The translations under genes and the position numbers were made by a program. A DNA stretch of 64,000 bases from Phoronis australis (Eukaryota; Animalia; Phoronida). The stretch spans positions 3,455,695 through 3,519,694 of the forward strand of contig NMRA01000001.1 in NCBI GenBank assembly GCA_002633005.1, read 5' to 3'. Under the pieces are notes generated by a model that was not told the DNA's origin, did no database searches, and worked only from the letters and a program-made list of their open reading frames with translations. This document shows positions 37,385 to 49,300 of the stretch, piece by piece; the stretch's first letter is position 1, and every line of letters starts with the position of its first letter.

Positions 37385-40300
37385 GTACTTAAGTGTTTGC
37401 TGAAAATAATTACTTGGCAAATGTTTTGTTACCAAAACAGTATAAAATCCACATTGATAAACATCTTAGTACTCTCTCTCACTTATTCATGAACAAACCA
37501 GTAACTAAGATGAACAGTCTTCTTTACTCGGAGAGTTTTCAAATAGTCAGCATGAACAACCTTTCAACATTGTACTCGGGCTTCTTAGTTTCTAGAAGGT
37601 TTTAAGATTCTGGTCGAGATAGACAATGCAACTATCACCTAGGCAATTAATTGTCATTTGATGTAGGATAGTGCTTGAGGTGAAGGTCAGTCATGTTTAC
37701 TTACTGTGTGTGTGATACTATTTTCAATATCATGTTCAATATTATGTTCAATGCTATGTTCAATATTATGTTCAGTATCATGATAAATATTATGTTCAAT
37801 ATTTTGTTCAATACTATGTTCAATATTTTGTTCAATACTATGTTCAATATTTTGTTCAATACTATGTTCAATATTTTGTTCAATACTATGTTCAATACTA
37901 TGTTTTCAGCAACGAGCCAAGGACTACCTAGGTATTGAAGGTGATGAGGAGTCTACCATGTTGGAGGACAGTGTGTCACCGGCCAAGTATGTCATCATGC
38001 TGACAGCTCCTTGTTTTTTAGTCAGATAAACTTGTGACCTGTGACGCAGTCGTTCAAAGCGCAAATGACGTGCTAAAATATTTGAATATTATAAGAGGGA
38101 AGGTATCGGGCTAATGATATGTTTTTGCTAGACTGTGTAGTTTTGTGTTTTTATGTTGTGTCTGTGATAATGTAATCTATGTGATGCAATGCTCTTACCT
38201 TATCTTATATATAATGGGGGGGGGGATTTTTGAGGCCCAAAATCTGTAACACATACAGTTAAATATAAAATAAGTTTTAAGTTAGCATGCCAAACTAGTG
38301 CCCCTGTGCCTTAGGCTATGGAGTATTTGTGAAAAGTAGGAGTGTTAACTCGCCTGGTATTTCATAAACTTAGTTATTTTTAACAGATTGAAAATCTGTA
38401 TGAAATAAAACCAGGCACTGAACGATTTTCATACACACTGTTTGTGGATGTTATGTGCCCAATTCTCTTGTATCTGTCAATCAGTGATTCACATAACCGT
38501 ATCCATGTTTTAGGGCCACCATCATCCAACATCAGAGTTCCAATGTGGGCCACGCCAGTAGTGGCTCTGTGGCCCTGCCAGCTGTGCTGAGGGCCGGTAA
38601 CCAGGGCCAGTCCCAGTTTAGCACTGGCTCCATGCAGAAGGCTCAATACTCCAAGACTGAGTATCAGTCGCATGCTGGACACGCGCCCATTTCAGTAAGT
38701 TTTACTTTGCGGCCAAATCTAGAAATTGTTGGTCTGAAAAGTTCGCTGTGCCCTAGGTAATGCAGATTTTGTATTTTTATATTAGAATGTTAATATGTTA
38801 GATTTTTGCCAATGGAAATATTGGATCAGCCAATTTATTTTATATATAATATCCCTTAATGTGCAATATGTGTAGTTAACAATCCTTTGTGTTTTCAAGA
38901 TTGTACATCCCCACAGATGGTTGTTTAACGAGTGTGTTAAAGCCAAACTGATCTCCAGACGGTTTGTTTTTGTATAGTACATCATTTGAAATAACCCTTT
39001 TAACTGTTCCCATGGTGATTACTGTGTTTGAATTTCTTATACAGCTACTGAAGTGTCATAATCCTCATAATAACCTCTTGTCTGCTGGTAGTGGAAGATG
39101 TCATTTATACCTTGTTTCTGTGACATTGTTGCTGTTGAGAAGCCATACTCACACGTGTCTGGTTCTGTCTTACTCACTCACATCTGGTTCTGTCTCTGCA
39201 GGGTCAGAATGCACAGATGCATGGTCTGAGTCACGCCCAACGTGCTCTCGTTGGTAATATTAACTCGGTTGTGTCCAGCATAAAGTCAGCTGAAGGGGAC
39301 CTGTCACAGAAGGCTGAGCTACCCCCTCTTGGATCTGATGCAGTACGTGAAATTAACTTTATTAAGTTTGCAATTATTTTCTCTTCGTAGACATTCAGTA
39401 AGTTGTAGGTTAAACCATCTGACACATTTGCTCAAAGAATTTACAGCTGAGGCCTGCAGGCTTTGAGCCTCTTACTTCTACCTATGATCACTGGTAAATG
39501 GTTTGATCTAAAAAGAACTGCTGTGCCCCTCTGATTTGTATGCTTTGTGATGTAAATTTGATATGGAATATCACACCAATTTTACAAACTCTGTTGAATG
39601 GCCATTATACTCGTATGAATCGCTTTTAGTGTCAGATAAACAAGACTTAAGTATTTTATCGCAAGTTCTTTGTTTTCCAAGGCTTCTAAGAAGTGGCGTG
39701 CCAATGAACTTGACCTGACACGACAGAACGTTGGTGCTCAACTGTCAGCCATGAATGCAGCTACAGCTCAGGTCGTGACCTTGACCTCTGGGTCGCCTGA
39801 TGAGACAGACTACACTGCGGTTGGCTCAGCTGTGGCTACAATGTAAGTGAACATAAAACCTGTTCTGTAGGTTGGGCTCTTTTCTTTGTTGGAGTAAATG
39901 TTCAGTTTTATGCGCCCACATACTGGAGTCCAGCTATGTTACGTGATATGATTCTTGGCCAAAGACTGTGTCATGCATTGCTCCTGTTGATTCTGTTGTA
40001 AGTTCTTGTACAGTATTGAGGTATTCCTACACAGAGCCTCTGCTGTTCTTGAGTTTCAGTCTTAGCAGCCAAGAGTGCAGTAGAAATGGATGATCCAAAT
40101 GGGATCATCTCTTGCATTTTGCGTAAGTTTTCCAATGGATTTGAATTGAAAGTTTTCGACTGTGGGACTTATTTAGGAATCTCCTCACATTGTATCCACT
40201 AGGTGGCACTACCTGTCGCCCTTATCACGTATCCAACTCTTCCTTTTCCAGCCACGCCAACATGGGTGAGCTGGTTAAAGATGTGCGCCAGTTGGCGGCG

Positions 40301-43300
40301 CTACAGGACAACGAAGACGATGGAAGCAAGTTACTGGACGCGGCACGCCGATTGGCTGGAGCCTTTGGTGACCTTTTGAATGCAGCGCAACCTGGCAGCA
40401 AAGAGGTAAACATAGGTTGTGTGTGTCGGGCTAATAGCCACTGGCTGAAATTGATAAACACATCATGTATGTTGCGGGTTGATAAATTCTGGTCTGAAGG
40501 ACAGCTCAGCAGTGCTTGCTGCTCAACTGTCATGGTGTCCTGCTTTGTGGAATTAAATGCTTGAAATTAGGCTGTTGTTCTTTTCATCTCTTTCTGCTCA
40601 TGGAAAGAAATATTCTGGGTATATGTGGTGATGGTTTTCTGGTCTTCATCACATTTCTAACAGGGGCAATAGCGACAGAGTACCATTTTTTGGTCTTATG
40701 CAAGTTCAACTGAAGTTAATTATATGGTGCTTGAAGGTGACATGGATTAGGTTGTAGATGGTGATTGCTTTACATTTCTTTTTCTGTAATTAATGTCATT
40801 ATGTTGTAGCCTCGCCAGAACGTGCTTACTGCAGCTAGCAAGATTGGAGAAGCCAGCCATGACCTCATGCGAGGGATCGGTGATTCGGGCAACGTTGAGT
40901 ACGACAAGATCTTTGAGGACACGTTATTAGGACTGGCAAAGGCTGTAGCAAATGCCACGGCAGCACTTGTACTTAAAGGTAGTGAATATTGTCAAGTACT
41001 TGAGGTTTGATGATTTGAGCCATGAATTTCGAATTGATGATGTGGCACAATAACAAGTTGACTGATTCAACATGGCGTATTGCTTTGTCTAACATAGCTG
41101 TGCTTTTTCCAATCTGCCAATGAATGAGCCATGAAAGAGCCATGAAATTTAAACAATGTATGCATTTCCAGTACTAACTCATTGCCTACCCATAATTCTC
41201 CATTTCCCTTGTAGCCAAGAATGTGGCCAGCACTTGTGGTCATGACCAAGCACTACAGAACAAGGTGATTCACTCGGCCACCAACTGTGCCCTGGCCACC
41301 TCTCAGCTGGTGGCTTGCACAAAAGTGGTGGCACCTACTATCCACAGCCCAGCCTGCCAGGAACAAGTCATCGAAGCTGCTAAACTGGTGGCCAAATCTG
41401 TTGATGGCATCGTCGATACATCACAGGTAAGCTGGGAGCTCAGTGGTTTGTAATTAGCAGAGAGGGTTTATCCGAGGGACATTCAACTGCGAGTGGCTTG
41501 GGCTCTTGGTTCAAATTTTTGGGATAAGGTGGTTTAGTGAATTATCTGATACTTTGTTTTTAATACTGTGATGAACTCACTTGAAGGTGTTCTATTTGAC
41601 TTAGTTACTGCAAAAAGACAAATTTTGTATTGTGGTCTTTAAGTCTTTTTTTTTGATTTTGTACAACAAATGTTGAGAAGGACCATATCTATGGTGAGCT
41701 TGCAAGGCGTGTGTTGCTTTCTGATGTATTCGTTAGCTCATAGTTACTATTCACCACTGGTAAATTATTGAGGTTGGTCTGCGGGCTTCTAAATACATCT
41801 AATATTTGGAAGCATAAGAATTAGGCAAGTCCATATCAAAGTATAAGTTGAACACACTGTTTCAAGCTGCTGTTCATCATCATAAGATGTGCGTGATTTC
41901 TAAGAACTATATGCATTAGTCAAGGTTGCATAGACTAGTTTACTTTAATGTTAATTGGGCTTCCTCTTCTCATCTTGATGGCCTCTACTTACAGGTAGCG
42001 TGTAAAGATGAGGACCTCTTGTCCCAGCTGGGTGCCGCGGCAACTGCTGTTACTAAGGCTCTCACTGATCTGCTGCAGCACATCAAGAGAGGTCCACAGT
42101 CGGCCCAGGTACGTTGATGGCATCCTAGTAACATTTCGTTTTTCGTATGTTGTTCATGCCAGACTATCATCTACAGTTTGCTTGTTTTTCTCAACCTTGC
42201 TTGACACAGTTGCTCGTTGGGGGAGGGGAACCAGTTCGCCATTTTAATCGTGAATTTCATAGAATCATGGGCGCCCAATGGTTTGTTTGCTCTGGGGTTT
42301 TGGGTGCTGATTAAAGGTGAACGAGAGAACATCATGCGTAACTGGTGGTTATCCTTGTTTGTAGGAAGGCCAGCAGGAGGCAGCAGTGGGCGCCATACTG
42401 TCAGCGACAGATCGTTTGTTCAACAGCATGGGAGATGCACCAGAGATGGTGAAGCAAGCCAGAGTGTTGGCTCAGGTAAACTACAACCATTTGTTTGTAA
42501 TGTTGGCAGCTTTACTGGGAAGAGCTCACCAAAACTATTGCTAGTTGTGCTTAAGGGTGTTATTTACCTTTCAGAAGAATTCGGTTATTGTCACTGACAA
42601 GTTTCCCCATACTTTGAGAACCTTTTTTTCCACTAAATAACAGGCATCAAATTAGCTCTCAAAATAGAGAACTATTGCCAAGAATTGTTCTTCAGACTTG
42701 TTTTACTTGTAGACATACCTTGAGAGTCCCATAAAACTCTGTGCACACATACGACAACGCCTCTCTTGTAGTTCTGTCACATGCATCATAGTTAACACAG
42801 CATTTCATACTAGCCTAAGTCCTTGTCTCCTGTGGATGTGAAGATAACAGTTTCTGGTCCCAATTCATTTTCCATTTGTTGATCACAGCACTCGTGTATC
42901 ATAAGCACAGTTTGTTGTAAAAAATGTTGTCAGCCTGTAGTATCTTATCATGATTAGTGTTTGTTTTTCATCACGTAGCGTGTTAAGGTGAGTTTGTTGT
43001 AGTATCCAGTAGGTTGTTGGATTGTGTGTGATCATGTCATTTGTGTCTTGGGTGCGGAGTATCGAGTCTATTATATCTCTTGAGTGTGAAAGATAATTGC
43101 TATCTCACATTTTCTTCACCTTCTGTATAGACGTTTTGATGTTGCGGTGAGTCTTTACGACACTTTAGCAGTGTTCAGTGGTTGGTTGTTATATGTTCTG
43201 TGTATCTTGTTCTTATCACATTGCATGGTGATCAGTTACAAATTTGAATTCTGCGAATGTCCAAAATCTCAAAGTTAAGCTGCGCACTTCTTTTTTCTAT

Positions 43301-46300
43301 ATCGCGAACCTCAGTAAAACAGGGACTTGTTCGACCACTCTGGTTATTGAGTTTTGATCCAGTACAATTTGTTAGTGAAGTGGGAGTCAATTTGCAACGG
43401 CAGAGTTTGAGGGTCCAGTTGAGTCAAAACTTGCTCGTTTTGGACGAGAATGGTACAGCATACCTAAGGGCTGTTCCAGCAAAATCTGTGTGGGAGGGGG
43501 GGGAAGGCAACTGAAATAAAAATTTATGGGTGGTTGCGTTTGATTTAAATTCAAAATGGCTGGTGGTCGTACTTCAAAAAAAATAAAAATTTACAGGTCG
43601 TTGTGGTTTCATTGGGCCATAAATGTTTGATGGTGGGTAATTTTAGTTAATTTTATAAACAATCCGCACAGAATCAAAAACTGAAACAAAAATACAACTT
43701 GCAAAAAGCTCCGACTTTTTCACTCCCTCCGATCTCCTCATCGGCATGCCCATAACACCAGTTAACCACAGGTGCTCGAATTTCTCGATTGCTAAAAACC
43801 ATATATAAGAAACATATGTTTTCTTAGTAATGAATGACGTTAGTGGTGATGGAGGAACAGATAAACTCAAGCGCCTGTGCAGTCAACCACAAGAACAAAA
43901 AACAAATTACGGGTGGTTGCATTTCAAACTTATAAAAAATTACGGGTGGTAGGCTCAAAAAATAAATGAAAAATATGGGTGGTAGGTGCGAAAAAAAGGT
44001 GCCTTCCCCCCCCTCCCATACAGATTTTACTGGAACAGCCCTAAGCTTATGCAAGTGAATAGTGTTATTTGCGTCGGTGGTGCACTCTGTTGGACAGTTG
44101 CATTACTCACACTTGTAGGCTCCCACTGGAGTTGAGCTATACCAGTCAGGCCATTAAGCAAATCTGACTAATAAACAATGTCCTAAAGTAATAAGTCACT
44201 GGAAATATTTTCTTGAAAAAAAATGGTGTGAAAGTGAGACATTTGGTTATTGCTTAGGTACGGTTATTAAGTGTTTGTGAGCACTGTTCTAGGTGGCCTA
44301 AAAAGAATGTGATAAATCACTCGTATCACACCAGTATGGATACGTTTTCTAAATGTAGACAAGCACTGTTGTAGTGCGCGCTTGACCTTTGGTCAGACAC
44401 CACTTTGTCATTCTTGCTCTCATCCGTTCGTAATAATCTAAACATAATCATCAGTTTTGTGACCCATTTATTGCTCTAATGTAGGCCACGTCCCAGCTGG
44501 TGAACGCCATTAAACTTCATGCCGAGGGTCAGTCAGACGGTGACCTCCAGAAGAGGCTGTTGGCTGCGGCCAAGACTCTAGCAGATGCCACGTCACGGAT
44601 GGTGGAGGCTGCCAAGGTAAGTAAGCGTTGGAACGAGGGATGGGAATTTGACTAATTGTCCATTTAGTTAATGGCAGACTATAGCATTGCAGATTGAAAT
44701 GATTTAAACATGTTTGCCACACGTATGATTGACTGAGTTTGGTTTGGTTTAAGCAGAGCTGACTACTATTGCAGGTTTACCCATACTCTACATAATTTAA
44801 GGATGTAAAAATCCTTACTTTAACATGTTTCGGATTGTGGTAGATACACGTTAAGAGGTCTGTGGTTTTGTTCCACTTTGGCTGACCATGTTCTATCAAT
44901 TTTTTTCACTTAATCAACCTTGAATGTTGAAGTTCTTGTGTTGGAAATTGTAAGTGCCACTGGACTTCTACAAATGCAACATAAGATTTTAGCCAGGTCG
45001 CAAATGACAATCTGCCAATTTTCGAGGTCTGGTGCCATGTTCAATGTTTTTATGGAAGTTTAAATATCAATCAAAAGACGATGTAATATACCTATAAAGA
45101 ACATAGTTGCCAACATTCGAGAACAAAAAACCTACCACGATCGGTTGGAGTAGTTTGTCGCCGGCTAACAAAAGTAGGGTGTAGTAATACAATGCTGGGT
45201 GTCCGTGATATTTCGCAAAAAGATATGACTGATTGTTAGCTCTTCAGAAATATCACAAGCACCTAGCATTGATTTAACTATATTGCCGTATCACATGTTC
45301 AATTATAGTGCATAGAATCAACATACAATCATTCTACTACCATATCATATCATACATCTTAAGTAGTGAAAAGCATTGTGCCATCGTTAGTGTGTATTCT
45401 GTATAATTGGGCATCTAATGTCTACTCAGTCTAGTCAATACGTACAGTGTTCATATTTTGATTGGCACCTGCTCTTAGTTGTACAACTGTCCCAGTTGGT
45501 CTGTGTACTATGTAAACACGGCGTAGTAAAGGGTTCGTTGTCTCACTGAGAAGATAATTGTTTTATTACCCCCTATGGATTTTGAATCACCGGACCCTGG
45601 AATGTTTACTGTCCTTCCATATTATTCACGAAGGAAGGCAGATGTTTGTGCATTATCATCTTTTAGTCACGTAGTCTACACAGTGATCTGTCCTGTTTAA
45701 ACACTCCACTCAAATGCATCATAAGCGTTGTTGGGTTCATTCATTTGATAATTATTACTGATTGTGTCTCCGTTGCAGGGCTGTGCTGGTAGTCCAGAGG
45801 ACAAGGACAAACAACAGAGCCTGCGTGAGGCAGCAGAGTCACTACGCACTGCTACTAGTGCTGCTGCTAGTGATGCACTCAAGAAGAAATTGATCAAAAA
45901 GTTGGAGGTGAGTGATAGGAAGCTGTTTGTCCTCGAAAATATCCTGTTACTCTTCCCTTGTAAAGTAGTCCTTCTGTTTATTTGATAACATAAACTTATT
46001 TCAGTCGAGGTAATTGGCAACCTTGTGAAGTTTGTTCATATTTTATCAAATTTTTATTGTCCATTTTCAATCCCTAAAGGAATATGTTGCTGAATACTCA
46101 GTGAATGAAAATCTCGCTTCATGTTTTGCTTTGAACAAAAAAGGTCTAAAAAAACTGGGAGGGACATTTGAATGTGATATTCTTATTGGTCAAACAGTAG
46201 GAACAGTGTCTCAGTTTTTTATTTTCCTCAGACAACAGGGATTACCTTTTTTATAAGTGTTTTTTTTTTGCTGTTTCACAAACCGACTATAAATAAAATG

Positions 46301-49300
46301 ACTTGACTTGACATCTTTATTTTTGACTGCTGATGTCTCCATTAGTCGAAAGAAAATCAAAAATCTCTGAGACCGTTTCCTCAGATGTAGACGTCAAGAT
46401 AAGTGTGTCAACTTTTGTGCCATCAACCCCACACACTGATGAGAAATCAATGTCGAAAACTGCTAAAAGCATCGAAAGGCTGAAGGCCTGAAAATGGCCG
46501 ACAAAGATTTTAAATGTAATTTATTGTAAATCCGATGAGGTTGTCCCAAGCAACTTGGTACATGCTTTTAAAGAAATGTATGTGCAGCAATGAAACTATG
46601 TTACACAGTGTTAACTGGATCTTTGTTTGTCCATAGTGCAAGGGAATATGCACACTTTCTTATTTTTGTAGTCTGTGGTTATGTTAGTTAGTGCAATTCT
46701 TTTCCCTTCTATAGTTGGCAGCTAAACAGGCCGCCTCATCTTCCACTCAACTCATCAATGTTGCACAAACGGCTGGACCATACAACAAGAATGCTTCTTC
46801 ACAGCAGGCGCTTATGTCACATTGCAAGGTCAGCAGTACTTAGTAATAGTTTGGTGGTTGCCATGGTTATTTATCGTTTGTTGCTTAGTACTTAAACCAA
46901 TAAAACGCAATCACTGGTTAACTGGATATAAAAGAAAGTTTATTAAAAAGTGCTGGAGAGAGCAGGAGTATAGTGATGTTGCTACCATTATGTATTGGTA
47001 TTGCTATAGTTATTATTTGTTTGGTACCATTATTTATTTTTATGAATATAACATTATTCACCACTGTCAAAATATGTTGGTGCTTTATAGAAATCCGTAT
47101 TTACACCTCAGTATTGGAAGTTACAGAATTATCAACTTCAAAAGATTTTATTCGTCTGTTTAATCTGTCCACTATTCATCTGTGTTTGTTAACCGTTGAT
47201 GCCTTCTGTCTTCAGCTGGTGGCTGACCAGATTCCCAGACTTGTCCAAGGTATCCGAGGAACACTCGACAATCCTGACTCTGCCGCCGCCCAGATGGCTC
47301 TCATAGCTGCCTGTGAAGACCTGATTTCAGTAGGTCTTACAAACTTATTGATTCTTTCATCTTTAGTAAAATCTAACCATATTTGGACAAAAATATTTTC
47401 CTGAATTGCGATTCTTTTGTTTGTCGAGGTTCTCTAATGTTGTTGTAAATCTGCACAATTTTTCAAAATATTGTCTGGAGGTAGCTATGGTATGGAACAT
47501 GAACATGGCAAAGCATTGATTTGGTGTTACGTATGATCTTTAAAATAAAAAAATAATTAAATTATAACCGTTATATGTCACTCGTTGGCCATATTGTTTC
47601 CTAAAGTTGTGAGATTTTACCACAGTTTATGTCAAGACCATGTCATCGGTTGTGCAATAGGGGTTTTGGTTGCCAGAGCATCTTGGTGCAGTTTTGTATC
47701 AGTTGCCATATTTTGAGTCAGTTTTCGCATACGAACTTGTCAGAGTATTGGAAATGAATTTCTGCTAGACTTGTTTGACCAAAGTGGGACGTTTCTGTCT
47801 CTCAGTATTGTAAGATAGCAGACAGACATGTCTTCTGTATGAGGATCTAGCTTCAAGAAAGCAAAATTTCCATGATTGTGGTTGCTGAATAGAACTACAA
47901 CGTGAGTTTCAGCATGTCAGTACTGGTCAAAGATTCACAATTTACTGTAATTGCCTTTGAGAGGAAAAAGTGTTTGTTCCATGTGTGCTAAATAGTGATA
48001 TTCTCACCTAGTACTTGCAGACTCCAATGATCTTGTGTCACTCTATACAACTGCTGACTGCTTGCTTGATCTGTTGTGATATGTTGGTTACTCTCACCGT
48101 GTGTCTACCCTTGCTCTCCGCAGCCTGCTGGTAAGATGTCACAGGCCGCCAAGGCTGCAGTGCCAACTATAGGTGATCCTGCGTCGCAGATGAGTCTGGC
48201 CAATGCGGCGAAGAACATGTCTGCTGCTCTCGCTGAACTGAGAACAGCCGCTGCCAAGGTAAATGAGTATCATGTGACCTCTGTTGATGTTGCACAAAAC
48301 AGTTTTCGTGTTTTAGGATTCGTTGTAGAACAGTGCTTTCCCTTAGGAGCGTTTAGAAACTGAATCTATAGTGCGTGTAGTCTGTGTACCTGTCTTAATA
48401 TGCCTGAGGCTCCTGTTCATTAGCGGGGGATGTTTCAAGTCATAAACTGTGCTTGGAACTGTTGAGTTCTAACCTGCTTTCACGAAAAGATGAAAGGCAT
48501 TGCTCAAAAAGTTAAAACTTTGGCGTGAAAATTTTATTGAAAGTTGCTTTTTTCTGTAACATTCATTCTTTTATGCAATTTGTGTCCATTTCTAATCTAG
48601 GCGAAAGAATCGTGTGGTACCATGGAAATTGATGGCGCTCTCGATCAGATCCACTCTCTAGAGAAGGAGTTAGATGATATTAAGCATGCAGCAGCCAAAG
48701 GTCAGCTGGTGCCATTGCCAGGGGAAACGGTGAGTTGACAGTCTGTTAGTTTTGTGGATAAAGCAGGTTGATGAACGTCACTTTCAGTTTTCAGAAAAAA
48801 TTCACACAGCTTTAAGAGAAATGACAAAGTTAAACTATCCGGATATGCTGGTCTGAGGATTATTGAGATTTTTAATAATCCGATCGTCTTTATAAAATAT
48901 CATGGTGCTGCAGTGTGACATTTTATAATTTTGTATATGGAGCAAAGACCATTGTTCGTAGAATGCTTTAAAGCAAATAAGAGAACGCATCTCTTATTCA
49001 CTATTGTATAATACACTTTTCCATTGCGTTTTTCAGGCCGAGTCATCCGCCCTCCTTCTGGGTTCAATCTGTAAGACAGTGGGCTCCAACATGGCTCAGG
49101 TGTTGACTGCTGCAGGCCAGGTGAGGGTCATTCATAACTGGTGGTGTAGTTGTTAATTGTTTCAGCTTGAGTTGAAGAATTCAGTTAAGATTCATTAGCC
49201 AGTCCTGTAGGAATGTGAGATGTGTACTAGCCAATCCTTGGTAAGTATCGGTTTGCATTCCTGGACTTATTTTAAATTCCTGAGGCAAGTACAATTTTTA

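Noticed and set aside
37693-37938. ORFs with repetitive FNIMFNTM / NIVLNKIL peptides
   Set aside because: These are translations of the 12-bp intronic minisatellite, not a gene.
43257-44054. Two ORFs sharing LRAVP.KSVWEGGEG on opposite strands
   Set aside because: They simply read through the two TIRs of the Harbinger-type MITE.
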